Origin: Cyanophora paradoxa CCMP329
Lineage: Eukaryota > Plantae > Glaucophyta
Assembly (NCBI GenBank): GCA_004431415.1
Contig: QPMI01000103.1
Span: forward strand, 62,001-126,000
DNA: 64,000 nucleotides
Direction: 5' to 3'
The notes under the pieces were generated by a model, which did not search any database, was not told the origin of the DNA, and saw only the letters and a program-made list of their open reading frames with translations. Made by a program: the position numbers and the translations under genes. This document shows positions 25,464 through 37,670 of the stretch, piece after piece (within the stretch, counting starts at the first letter, position 1; every line of letters starts with the position of its first letter).

Positions 25464-26651
25464 ATGGCTCCGAATACGCGAAGCGGCGGATCCGGATCCG
25501 GAGGCGCGGGCGCTAGTGGCGGATCCGGGGGCGGCAGCCAGGGCAGTGGCGGGCCCGGGGCGGCGGCTGCAGCTGCGCATGCAGCAGCCGTGCCCGCGGC
25601 CGCGGCGGCGGCCGCTCTGGCGGCAAACGCGATGCCAGCGCCAGCTCCGGGGCCAGCGCCGGTCGCGCCAGTGGCGCCGGTCGCACCAGCGGCGGCTGGT
25701 GTGCCAGTCGCGATCGGGGGCCAGCAACCAGCTGCGGCGGCAGCTGACGCTGCGCTAGAGGCGCTGAAGAGCAACCTGGACATGCATACACGTCAAGGCG
25801 AGCTGAAAGAATTTAAGGAGCGAATTCCTGCCTTGACAAATACTGGCGTTCTATCATGGATCGTATCGCTGGAGCGCCTGGCAACTTTTATTCAGCCGCC
25901 GAAATTTTTGGAGCCGGACAAGATAGTAGCGGAGCTCGCAGTGTCTTCGCTGCAGCGCTAGCGCTCAGCAAGTGATGCTTTGACTGGAGCATTCTCGGCG
26001 ACGGTGCTGGGTGCTATGGCGTCGAAGGCGACGGGTGGTGAATTTGAGCTGACGTCGTGGGCAAAAATTCGTGAGCATCTGATCAGCTTGGTGCCTGGCA
26101 ATAAATTCGAGCTGCTGAAGAATACGATCAAGACGGCGAGCCAGCATTTCTCAGCTCTAAACAACCCCACGGAGCTAGATGCTCAGGCTCTTATCAATAA
26201 CGTTGTTTTATTTCGGCGCCTGCTTCAGCTGCAAGACTCGTGTCCGGACGAGATGTTGATCGCGGAATTAATGTCCCCGGACGCGATCACTTCGCCGGCG
26301 ATGGTCAAGCTCACAAGCAAAATCGCGGAGGACGCGCGTACAAATCTGGCCGAGTGGGGTCGCGAATTCTTCAGTCGAGTTCGGTCCCATAACGAGCTGG
26401 AAATGAGGCTCCAGCGGGTGAGGGCCAGCAGCGGATTTTCGGACGCGTCAGTCTCTCGCGTTGCGGGGGGTGAGCTTGCCAGCCTCGTTGGTGTGATGAA
26501 TGCGAGAGCGGCTCGCACAACACTGTCGTCTGCAGCGCAAGCTACTTCAGCGGAAGCTGGAGGAGATGCGGGCGCAGTATTCGACCTGTCAGCAGGCCCT
26601 GAGGAGCTCGAGAAATATCGGAGCTCCAGCAGCCTGGCGGGCGCGAAGTGA
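25464..26651 (+). pseudogene. Gag-like polyprotein interrupted by an in-frame TAG
   Basis: ORFs 25464-25961 and 25980-26651 are in the same frame, intronless, and sit right after the PBS/leader. Gly/Ala/Pro-rich N-terminus, then a helical capsid-like region (VLSWIVSLERL..SWAKIREHLISL). Possible decayed zinc knuckle near 27685-27720. Gag call is from position and composition, not a profile search. Confidence 0.6.
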
Positions 26652-29053
26652 AGTACACGCCACGGCGGTTCGGTCTCCGCCTGTGCGGAAATTAAAAGAC
26701 CAGCGGTGGAGGAGTAGGAATTTAATTCGTCGCGAAGAAGGGTGGGCCCTGCGACGTGGCGGCGTGTACTTGTAATTTTTCAGCTGCAGCCGGAGTTCAA
26801 ATTGTGAGCGGAACAGCTGCAGCTTCGATTCACAGTCGCCTGCAAGGCTGGAGGCGAATTCGAAGCCTTTCGAAGAAGGCGTCGCTCCGTTCCGGTGAAC
26901 CGGCGTTCAAGCTGGAGATGCGGACCTGCCCGAGGCCAGGGCAATACAGGAGGGCATCGGATTCAGCTGTGGGCGGGTGGTGTCAGCCGTAGAGGGCGGG
27001 AGGCCCGAGGACAAGCTAGAGGCGCGGACCTGCTCGTGCCAGGATGGCGCTCAGGACAGCTTTAACCCAGTCGGCACCCAACCGAACAGAGACCGGAATC
27101 GGCCCTGCATAAGACGGACGCGAGCTCAGCGTTATCGTCGTCGCGGGGTTACGTATACTAAATTCAATTCAAGGGTGTCTCGAGCTCGGCGCGGCGTCGG
27201 ACGTCGTCGAGATGCAGTTCGTCTCGCGAGGAGCGGACTTGACCTCGTAACTTGTACGGAATTAAGGAGGGGACGATGGAGTCTGGTAACCGCGCGGTCG
27301 ATGGGAGGGGCAGCTGGACATCCGCGCCCCAAGAAACCCTGTCGGCTGCAGCTGGCAACGGCTCTGGTCGTGCTCCTGACTCGGCGGAGGATAGAGCATC
27401 CCCGGCGGACATTCTGGGTCTTCGGACTCGATGTGCAAGTGCACCTACCGCCGGCGGGCACACAGCAACCGTCAACTTAGCTGTGCGTTCGGCCGCAATA
27501 TAAATTCTCGGGTCAAAATCGGCGGAGGATCTCGTCAGGCGGGCTGAGAACAAGGGCGGAAATTTTGGAAGTGCTCGACGCGGCGGCGTTCGCGCTCTGA
27601 TGCACAGGATTCCCTCTCTTCTCGCCGCCTACAGATTCAGACGCAGGCCGGAGGGGCCAGACTTCGCGAGATGTCGAGGGCGCAGCTTCGTCTGCAAGGC
27701 CGACATCAATTGCGAGTCAGCGGGGGCGCAGCCTAGTCAATGGGGCTGACCCTCAAGTCTCGGCTGGGGCGTCCGGCCGTGGATCAAGGGCAGTGCCTGC
27801 GGCCCCGGAGGCTTCAGCTCGAGAGAGGACGGGTGGGGTCCCAGCGGATGGCTCACCGTTCAAGAAGGGGAGAGCCGAGCAGCCTGGCAGCTGCAGCTTT
27901 TCAGTTGTACATATCTTGTACATATCAGCCGCAGCGCGCGGCGAGCTCGAGTAGCTACGGATAGAGTAGCGAGCTCGAGAAACATTTGGATTTCACAGCT
28001 GCAGACAGGACCAGCTGTGCGACGTCAGGATCATTTCTAGGTCCAGCGGAAGCTTAGGGCAAGCCTTGGAAATATTTCCTTAGCTCAGAAACGATTCGAA
28101 TGTTTTTCGCAACGATGGACATATATTTCTGATAGCGTTAGACTTCTACATATTTATTTTATTGTAGATAGCGCAGCCTTCGTGCTGCTAGAGCTGTAGT
28201 GCAGCCTTCGTGCTGCTAGGGCCGTCAGGGCGTTAGAACGCCTCGGCCACTTTTTCTTGTACATAGTCGGGATCGTTTTCGATCGGACACAACGTTTTGC
28301 TGCGACGAACGTCGCGGGAGGGATGGAGGCGCCGAGGACGGCTTTTCTCTGCTGCGACGAATGTCGCGGGCGATCGCAAGACCAAGTCTGGCTAGAGCTT
28401 GGTCGGCTGGCCAGGGGCCGGGCCCGGCGTGGCCGCGGGCCATGGGCCGGAATCCGGCTATAGGCGTGGCCGGTCGCGACTTGACTTGCAATTCCCGGAA
28501 TTGCCGGAATTGCCGGAATTGCCGGAATTGCCGGAATTCCCGGAACCCAAGTCGGAACCCAAGCCACAGGACCGTACAAGCTCAACAACTAGAAAATACT
28601 TGCTAGTTTGCAACACGCGCGGATTTAGGGCTAGTATAAGTAGCCGCTTTCCTGCCAAAGTTGTCATTCTTTGTGAGGCGCACAGCCTCGAAATACTAGC
28701 AGCGAAACTCTGCCATTTTGCATCTGCAACTTGGGAGCACATCAGGGGCGGGCTAAGCATTAAGGGAACATCGTCAGGGATCAGAGATCCAGGTCTGTAA
28801 TTACTCTGTTATTAGGCCTCTGGTTACAAACTTGAAACCCCTAGACTATATCTGGGCCTTGCCCGGATTTAACCAGACGCTTAATATTATATAATATCTA
28901 TCAGCTCCCAAAGTTCAAGAATACCAGCAAGCAATTGTGCCAAGAACTCGAACTCAGAACATGTACATTGCTCGGCGACTAGTACTTTAAGAATATATAT
29001 ATACTCCGAACTTATCAATAGTGTGACAATCAATTCATGCAATAGCTTAACGA

Positions 29054-29517
29054 CAGTCGATTCCGTTTAGACACTCCGCCAGCTTCGACCGTCGGACTCT
29101 CCCCTCTAGTGGTGTCCTACGTTTCGCCTCTCCTACTGTTCTGCCGCCTCTGCCTCCTGCGACTACGTCTTCTAGTTCTGCTGTTAGCTCTATCTTGTCG
29201 TCTTCGTCTAGATCTTCGTCTTCGACTGTAGTTCCTCGTGCTCGTTCTCCTTATTCGCTGCGTCCCCGTGCTCCTCCTCGTTCTAGTGTGACTAGTACTT
29301 CTGCGTCGACGTCCTTGAGCTCTTCTACTCCTTCTTCTCGTGCTCGTTCTCCTTATTTTTTGCGTTCTTCTAGATCTGATCGTGTCCCTTCTCGTGATCC
29401 CTCTTGATTCTGTAGTTTGTGCTACTTTACTGTATCTTTGATTTGTGATTGCTTTGTTGTCCTTAATATCACTACCTACGGGGGGTTCGCCCCACGTGCA
29501 CCGTAGTCTCTAAAAAA
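29054..29517 (+). mobile_element. 5'-truncated LINE 3' end (family A)
   Basis: 13-bp TSD AATAGCTTAACGA (29041-29053, 29518-29530); open Ser/Arg/Pro-rich frame from the junction to TGA at 29407; T-rich 3' UTR, stem-loop and oligo-A tail. Confidence 0.8.
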
Positions 29518-29848
29518 AATAGCTTAACGAAATATTTAACGATAATTATAACGGAAATTTAAACAGATACGATCATGTGACTTACAGTGTGAATACCGTA
29601 GTACAGCTTGGGTCACGTGCACCAGCAGTTTTACAGCGTTCGGGATAGCTGGCGTTCGAATTCCTGCATGACCCCCGGACCCGGCCTGGGGTGCCAAACC
29701 TGACTCAGTGAGAGAAAACGAAAGTTGGTCTCGGCAAGTACGTATACACGTCGACGCCGCCAACCGCTCTAATTCTATCTGCCCGGAGTCCTAGCTTACT
29801 CTAAACATACCCTTTCGATACCGGCTGAAAGCAGGGAATGGAACGTCC

Positions 29849-31982
29849 TTACAAGCCTGCTAGATGCGCGAATCGCGGAGAAACAGTCTGACTCGTAACT
29901 GCATCTGAAGCGGGGCCAGGTGGAGGCTGTCGCGGTACGTTCACCGCACGGCCGCGGGCGCCGCGGCTGCGGCGGGCGGAGCGGGGGCGGAGGCGGGGGC
30001 CGGCGGGAGGAGGTCGCGGGAAGTGGACGCGCGCCGCAGGGGTGGGCGGAGCGCGCTCGGCGTCGCCAGGCGCGCCTGGAAGGCAAGCGGGCGGAGGGGC
30101 TTGGAGAGCGGGAGGAGGCGGGCCGGCTCGCCCGGGGCGCCCCAGTCGATAACGGGCTCGGGGGCCGCCTCGGCGGCCGCCTGCGGCGCCGGCTCGCCCT
30201 CCCAGTTCACCAGGGCAGAGCCGGCGGATGCGGGGCCGGGGGCCGTTAGGGCGGGCCCGGGGGGGCCGCCCCAGTCGACCAGAGGCCCGTCGGCCGCAGA
30301 CGGTGCGCGGGCCGAGGGGCGCCGCATGAAGAGCAGAAGGTCCTTCGCTGACTTGGGGCGCTGCGGCGGCGTCAGCCTGGCAGAGGCTCGCGCGGCGGGC
30401 GGCGGGGTGGGGGGCGGGGCGGCCCACCTGCAGCGGGGGCCTACTCGCCGGCTGCGGCTGCGCCGGCTGCGGCGGCGCCGGCTGCTGCAGCGGCGGCTTG
30501 GGGCCGCTGTCGTCGAGGGAGGCCGACCGTGCGGGCGCCGCGGCGGCCTCCGACATCCGCTGGGCCAGCTGCGCGCGGCTCGGGCCGGGGCGAGGGCGGC
30601 GGGGCTGGGGGCGCGAGCGGGCGGGCGGAGGGGCGGGCGGACCGCGTGGAGGGACTGGCGGCGGGCCTGCTTGCCGGCGCGGCGCGCGGCGCTCCCCTCG
30701 TCGTCCGCCTCGCCCTCATCGGAGGCGTCCGGCGAGGGCCCCCGCGGCGGCGTCGCCGCCAGCGCCGAGAGCCGCCGCGCCAACTGCGCGCCGGTCGTCG
30801 TCAGCGCCGGGCACGGGCGGCGGCCGCGGGGCGGGGGCGGGGCCGGGCGGGCGCGCCGCGCGGAGGGGCACGAAGAACTCGGCGCGCGCGGCGGCGGCGG
30901 CGGCGGCGCCGGCGGCGGCGGGCGTGGGCGGCGGCTCGTCGGCGCTGTCGCGGCCGGGCGGCGGCTGCGGCACGCGGAGGAGGGCTGAGGCGGCCTTCAG
31001 CGCCGCCTGGTGCCGTGCCTCGTGCCGCCCCGCCCCGCCCCCGCCCCGCCCCCGCCCCGCCGGCCGCAGCCGCGCCCGCGCCCGCGCTCGCCCGGGCTCC
31101 CAGGCAGCGCGCGGCGCCAGCTCCGCCTCCGCCGGCGGGGACGGGGCCGGCCGCTGCGGCGCCGTCAGCGGTCGGACTCGGGCGCGGGGCTCGCCGGGGC
31201 GGGCGGACCGGGCCGGCGATGACCGGGCGGATCTCCGGGGAGGGTGGAGTCGCCCGCTTCGGCTCCGCCTGCCGGCGGCTCGCTTCGTCAGCTGCGCGCC
31301 GCGGCGGGGCGCCGCGCGGCGCACCTTCGCCTGCTGGAGAGGGAGGGCGGCGGCGGGCACGGGGCCTGGGCGGGGGCCGCCGGGCGGGCGGCCGCATCTT
31401 GTCCAGCCGCAGGGGCGGCACGCAGGGCCCGTGGAGGGCGGCGAGGGCGCTGGGCGGGGAGCTGGGCGCCGTCTTGGGCCCTGGCTTGGGCGCGGCGCCG
31501 GCTGGGGGCTCGGACGGCCCGGGCCCCGCCCGCGACGGCGAGACGGAGTGGGTAAGGCCGGCGAGCCGCAGGGGCGGGACCAGCTGCTGGGACGAGGCGA
31601 AGCGCTGCAGCGGCTGCCGCGGCCGCGCGCCCGACGGCGGCGGCGAGTTGGAGCGCGGGCGGGAGCGCTCTGCAGCTGCTGATGTCGGCGCAATCGGCGC
31701 CGGGACTGCCTGTGAGGCGAGCGTCGCTCGGAAGGCAACCCGCGAGCCCGGCGCGGGCGCGGGCGCGGGCGGGCTGCCCGGCGCTGTACTCGCATCGACG
31801 AGCTCCTTGCGGGAGGCCGACCTCGGCCTGAGCCGCAGGGAGCTGCGCAGCTGCGCAACGTCCTCCTTCTTCACGACGAGGCCCTTCTGCTGCGCCGGCC
31901 TCGATGCATCGGAATTGCCTGCAGCGCCCGGGCCGTACGCGAAACTCTCCTCCACGCGGCGGAAAGATATACCGCTCCCCAT
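29849..31982 (-). CDS. Uncharacterised Pro/Ala/Ser-rich disordered protein, possible N-myristoylation
   Basis: Starts MGSGIS (MGxxxS). Coding-like segments (FRRVEESFAYG, KKEDVAQLRSSLR, PKSAKDLLLFMRRP, repeated LVDWG/LVNWE/VIDWG) separated by C-rich introns. Stop position uncertain. Confidence 0.55.
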
Positions 31983-32697
31983 CCTCCAAATCGCCCGGAA
32001 ATCCCGCGTGGCGGATGAAGCCCGCTCCTTCGGTTAAAGCCGGCTGATTTTGGCCGATTGCGCAAGTTCAGGCGGGTCCGGCTTGGCCCGCTATGGCCGC
32101 GCGCTATGACGCAAAGTGCTGCCGCCCCAGCGCTAGCCAGGTAGAGCGGCTGGTCAAGGCGCGCGCTTGGGCTTATCGAGCCATTCCCGTCCTGTTAACA
32201 TGTTCCGGCGCTCAGCGACTTCCGATCAACTTGGCCGGTTCGCGCTCCAAACAGCGCTGTAGCTAGCGCTCGTGCTGCGCAGGTCGTTGCTTGCGGTTGC
32301 TACCAGTGAGCGCCGCGCGGCGGCGGCGCAGCCGACGTCCGTGCACAGCGCTTCTTACAGCTTCTGAGTTGAAGCGGGTACCGCAATTATCTCGCAAATT
32401 CCCATTGAAACTTCGGGTGGTACTAAGACCCCGGCGGCGTAGCATCTCTCCGAGAAATGGAACGACGCACACGTGACGCGTCCGACGACTCCGACCGTCC
32501 GACGGCGTCCGCCTCCCCGGGCCCGGCCCGGCGGGCCCCCGGCCCCGGCCCCCGGGCTCCGGGGGGCCGCGGGGGTGTCCGGTGTACAGTGTACTGAGCG
32601 CCTGAAACCCGGTCCCGGGGGCCCCGTCCCGCCCGGCCCCGAAGTTCGCGTGAGGAATTTCGCGGCATTCTTGAGACAGATGTTGGACGATCGAGGG

Positions 32698-35600
32698 CTA
32701 CGCGGGGCGCGTCGGGGCGGCGAGGATCTGGGCGATCTCCGCCGCCACGCGCGCCGTCGGCTCGTGCGCGCGCTGCTGGATGAAGGGCACCTGGGGCGCC
32801 GCGCGGGCCGGGCTCAGGGGCGGGGGCCGGGGAGGGAGGGGGGGGGGGGGGGGGGGGGGGCGCACGGGGTGAAGGCGAGGGCCCCGCGAGTTCGCAGGCC
32901 TGCGAACGAAGGCCCTCGGGCGGGGCGGGCGGGGGGGCGGGCGGGGCGGGGCGGGCCTGCTCGTTGAGGAAGACGAGGTGCCCGACGGCGAGCAGCATCC
33001 GGTACACTGCGGGGCAGGGCGCGGGCCGTGAGGGGCGGCCAAGGCAGAAGAAGGGGCCGCAGCGCCCGCGCCGGCTCGGAGGGCGCCGGGGGCGGACCGG
33101 CCTCGGAGTCGTCGCGGTGGGTGGCGTCGGCGCGCTGCTGGAGCGCGTGCACCAGCGCCGCCAGCAGCGCCACCGCCGCGTCCGAGTCGTCCTGCCCGCC
33201 ACCCTGAACCGAGGCGCGGGGCGCGGGGCCGAGGCGCGGGGCGGGGGGGACCTTGGGGAGGTAGATGCTGCAGTTGTACGCCAGCGCCGCCGCCGTCTGC
33301 GGGCCGGGCTCGGGCTGGCGGCCGGGGCGGGGCGGGGCGGTGCGGGGCGGGGCAGGGGCGGACGGTGCGGATGGAGGGGTCGGGCGAGGCCAGGCACCGC
33401 GACGCCACGTCGACCACCAGCGCACACCGCGGCGCCTGCCGCCCCGCGCCCCCCGCTCGCACCTCGGGGCCCGGGCTGGGGAGCCGGGGCGGGGCGGGCG
33501 CGCCTTGGTCATGAAGAAAGCGCCGCCCTTGGAGGCGAACATGTTGGTCGCCTGCGGGGGGCGCCCCCCGTCAGAGAGGGCCGGGCGGGAGAGGGGAGGG
33601 GAGGGGGCCCCAGCGCACGAGGCAGAGCGCCATCAGCTGCGCGGCCTTGGGTACGCTCGCCGGCACCGCCTCGCCCTGCGCGGGCCGCCCCGCGAGCTCA
33701 GCCGTGCAGCCGCGCGGCAGTCTCGGCGCGCGCTCGCGCGCGCGCCGCACCTCGCCGCCGAGGCAGCGCCGCAGCACGTTCGAGACGAGGTCGCCTGCCG
33801 CGCTGGCGGTGTCAAGGAGGCGGGCCGGGCGCCCTTCGGCGAGCCGGCGCGCACGCTTGTCGTCGACGTAGTGCTGGTTGGCGGAGGGGTTGACGACGAG
33901 GAGGCGGAGGAGGTAGAGGACGGGGAAGAGGGCGGAGGCGGGCCAGCGCGCCACCAGCCGCTCCACGGCCTGGTAGATCGCGTCCGAGACGGGCAGCGCG
34001 GGGCCGCCCCCGCCCCGCCCCTGCGGCCGCTGCGGCGAGTTCGACGGCGACTGCGGCGCGCTGCGGGGGCGGCGTCAGGCGGCGCGAGCGGGCGCGGGCG
34101 CCGGCGGCGGAGGGAGAGGGGCGGGCCTGGCGTCCAGGAGGGCCGCGAGCTGCTCGAGGGCGCTCAGCTCCGCCCGCGTTATGCTCGGGCCTGCGCGCCG
34201 CTCCGTCAGCGCGGCCGCTCCCGTCGGCGGGAGGGGCGGCGGCGGGGCGCGCCGGCGCCGTCGTCGGCCGTCCCGTTGGCCGTCGCCGGGTAAGGGTTCG
34301 CGGCGGCGTCGGGGCGGCCGCCGGCGCCGGGGCCGGCGGAGCGCTGGCGGGCCTCCTCGAGGGCCTGGTCGACGAGCTCGCGCTGGGGCAGCGCCCGCAG
34401 CTTGGCCAGCGCGGGGGCCGGCGGGCCCTGCGCCGAGAGCATCGGCGACGAGGCCGAGCCGCGGACGAGCCGAAGGCCCAGGTTCAGGTGCGGGTGGAGG
34501 CCCTTCGACGGCAGCGAGGGCTCCGGGTCCGGCGCCCGGATGGGGCCCGGGCCCGGGGACTTTCGCGGCACCAGCGGCGGCGGCGGCACGTGCGAGAGCG
34601 GCGGCGAGTCGGGCCCGTCCGCCATCGACAGGCCCGCGAGCTTGTCCGCGGGGGGCGTCGCCGGCGGGAACGCCGCCCGCGGCGTCCCCTCCCCGCCTGG
34701 GCCCGCCGACTTGGCTGCCGGGCGCGAGCCCGTCAGCGCCGCGGGCCGGCGGGGCGGGCGGGAGGGGAGGGGCACAGGGCAAGGGCGGAATGGCGGAGCT
34801 GCGGGCAACGGGCGCGTCGGGGAAGACGGGGTGCGCGACCTGCCGGGCGCTGAGCGCGGGGCGCGGTGCGCAGCGGGCGGGCGGGCGGGCGACCGGACCT
34901 GCGCCTTCATCTGCTGCTCGAACTGAGTGAGCATGGGAGCCAGCATGGCGCCCATCGGCGTGCTGAGGACTTCTTGGGGCAGCCCCGTGATGTCTGGCGG
35001 CGGCGGCGTCGGGCGGGGCCGAGAGCGGCGCGCGCGCCGCGGCGGGGCAGCGTACATGTCGGGATGGGGTTGCCCGTGAGGAACAGGGAGCACTCGTTGG
35101 TGAACGTGTTGCAGTTGTGGTACAGGAGGCTGCGGGGCGCGCGTGAGCGGCCGGCGGGCGGCAGCGCTGCGGCGGCGGCGGCTGCGGGCGCGCCTGTAAG
35201 TCTGCACGGTGAAGCGCGGCGAGATCTCGCGGAGGAAGTCCTGCGCCGCGTGAGAACGGCGCGGAAGGGCGCACGCGCAAGCCCGTCCGCCCCCGCACCT
35301 GAAACACTTCCTGCGGGACCTCCGTTCGGCCGAGCCTGGCGATGCGCTAAGATATGAAAATCTCAAGGATGCAGAGGGAGCGGCGGCACACTCGACGACG
35401 CGCGATGGCCGCCCATACGCCGTTTGCGCCTGCGCACGGTCGTGCCCAGCGCGGCCGAAAGGAGAAGCGGACGACGCACAGGCACGTCTGCCTGAATGCC
35501 CCCTCCGAAGAAATATTCGACGCCGTAGACCACAACGCCCGTGTGCCTGCGAGGGACGGAAAGTGGGCGGGGCGCCGTCTGCAGGCGGCGCGGCGCGGCG

Positions 35601-35830
35601 CTGGGCACCAGATGCCCTCAATGCTTTTGCCCAGGATTGCGCTGGAGAACGCCCGCGCCATCCCCTGCCGGAGGCTGAGCGGCGGCGCGGACACGCGGCG
35701 TTCAAGCGCACCTGGCTGAGGTCGTACACGTGCAATGTTACCTTTTCCCCCTGCGACGGAAGTCAACATTCCCAGCCGACCGAGCTCTGCGCGCCGTAGC
35801 GCCGCCAGGCAGAACCGCGCTGCTGACCAT
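32698..35830 (-). CDS. PPPDE/DeSI family de-ubiquitinating/de-SUMOylating isopeptidase fused to a C-terminal PUL-like domain
   Basis: Spliced M|GEKVTLHVYDLSQ|GMARAFSSAILGKSIEGIW|HTGVVVYGVEYFFGGGI..LLYHNCNTFTNECSLFLTG..ITGLPQEVLSTPMG with the catalytic His/Cys. C-terminal WPASALFPVLYLLRLLVVNP, ANMF, AAALAYNCS, VYRMLLAVGHL are typical of PUL. Confidence 0.9.
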
Positions 35831-36062
35831 GTCGAAGTCGTCGGGCACGCGGTTGTTACGACGACTGCCGCAAGATACAAGATCGAAGAACGATCTCCAG
35901 GCTCCGTTCGGCGCCAGCGTATTGTAAGATTCCGCCCGCCGCCAGGCCCGCACGACGATTGTACCCCGCAACCCAGATGAAATTGCGTTTGCCCGAGGAC
36001 GCACGCCTACGTTTAGCTACGTTTCGAATCCGGGAACTTTGCTCGGCCACTTTGCGGGTGCT

Positions 36063-37670
36063 ATGGAGCTGCTGCCGGACGCGCTTCTCGTCGCCGTGTT
36101 CGTGCACCTGCCGCCCGCGGAGCGCGTGCGCGCGGCACTCGTCTGCTCGCGCTGGAGGAGAGCGAGCTACGATTCCTCGATCAACCGCTCGCTTGCCCTG
36201 AGCGTGTCTGCGGACGATGTGGTTGCCGTGCTCCGGAGTGCGCGCCATGCGTGCGTGCCGGCTCTTCAGTGATTTCTAGATGCGCTTCTGATATCGTACA
36301 GGAGCCTGGAAACACTGAAGCTGCATGCCGTGAACGCGCCGCTGGCGCCCATTGTCCGCGCGGCGCCTCAGACCCTGCAAAGGCTGTCGATCACAGCAGC
36401 AACGCCGGACTTGCGCGCGGTGCTCTCGAATTGCCTCGCCGGCGCAGTTGCCCCACAGCTTCACACGTTGGAGCTCAACACGGACGCGCCGGTCCCTTCC
36501 AATGTGGTGCACGCCGGCTCTGGAATCGGGTGCGCGGCGGAGTCTTACGCGCATCGCCGCAGGTGCGGGAGGCGGTGGGGCTCTGGGGCTCCCACCGCTC
36601 CCTGGCCCGGCTGTGCTGCGTCCTTGACCTAGGCAGCCGCACGACGTTCGAGGTCGAGGCGCTGCTGGAAGCGCTCCCGAGCCTCGAGGCCGTCTCGTGC
36701 GTCCTCGTCTACCAGGGCTCCGACGTGCAGCGCCTCGCGGCGGCCGCCGTGCGCTGCGCCTCGCTCCTCGTCGAGCACGTCGACTTCGCCCGCGACGCCG
36801 GCGCCGTTGCCGCCGCCCTCGCCGCCGTCCTGCGGCCGCGGGACTGCCCGCCCGAGGTCCTCGCGCACCAGTCGCACCCGCCACGCCTGGCGCTCTCCCG
36901 CTGCGCGCTCCCGCGCGCCTGGCCCCGCGGAGCCTTCGCGGGCATCGAAGAGTGCACCCCCGCGCGGCGCCCGTCATCCCTTCCCCCACCGTGGCTCACG
37001 CCCGCCGGGCCGGCAGGCTGGTGCTGATGGATTGCCAGGTTGGGAGCGAGACCCTCCGCTGGATCGCCGGTTCGAATCTTCGAATCTCGCCCCGGCCCCG
37101 CGTGGCCCTCTCGTGATCACCGAGCCCGTCGCGGCCAGGCGGCGCGCACGAGAAGACGGTCCGGCTGGTCGGCCTCTCGTTCTCCGAGCCCCGCCTGATT
37201 GCGTTCCGAGCGGGTGCGCATGCATGCGCCCGGGGCGCGCGCGTCGACCGCGGCCCGGGCAGCTGGATCGACCATGGACTTTCTGCGGCAGGCGAGCTGG
37301 TGGAGGCGCTGGAGGGCGCGGCGCGGGCGCGGGGCGGGCCCCTCCGGGCGCTCCTCCGCCTGCCCCTCTCCTGGCCGCCCCTGCGCGAGCTGCTGGAGCG
37401 CCTCGCCGGCGCCGACCCCGCCCTGCAGCTGGACGCCAGCGTCCTGCCCGTCGTGCGCCCTCCCGCCCTTCCCACGCCCGAGAAGCCAGTGCCCGACGCT
37501 GTCGCGTGCGCGCGCAGGACGAGGAGGTCGGGCCCGTGCACTGGTCGGCCGCCCCCGCCGGCCTGCAGGCCGCGCACGCCCGCCTCGCCGCCGCCCGCGC
37601 CCGGCTGCATGCGCACCGCGAGCCCGAGTGCTCGCCCGGTGGCTCGCCATGTCGAGTCCCGGAGTTGTAA
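36063..37670 (+). CDS. F-box protein with LRR-like repeats
   Basis: MELLPDALLVAVFVHLPPAERVRAALVCSRWRR is an F-box; followed by LETLKL, LQRLSI, LHTLEL LRR-like motifs. Confidence 0.8.

Larger units (their letters stand above)
23557..28886 (+). mobile_element. Non-autonomous (gag-only) LTR retrotransposon, probably Ty3/gypsy-like
   Basis: Two 525-bp LTRs, identical by eye (23557-24774 minus a 693-bp insert; 28362-28886); termini TG...TA; TSD TTAT (or ATTAT); PBS-like TGGGGGCT 2 nt after the 5' LTR; TATA-like TATAAG in the LTR; gag-like frame; no RT/integrase motifs seen. Confidence 0.85.

Noticed and set aside
26652-28361. pol (protease/RT/RNase H/integrase) in the LTR element
   Set aside because: No DSG/DTG, YxDD or HHCC/DDE motifs seen in the provided frames; very decayed remnants cannot be excluded.
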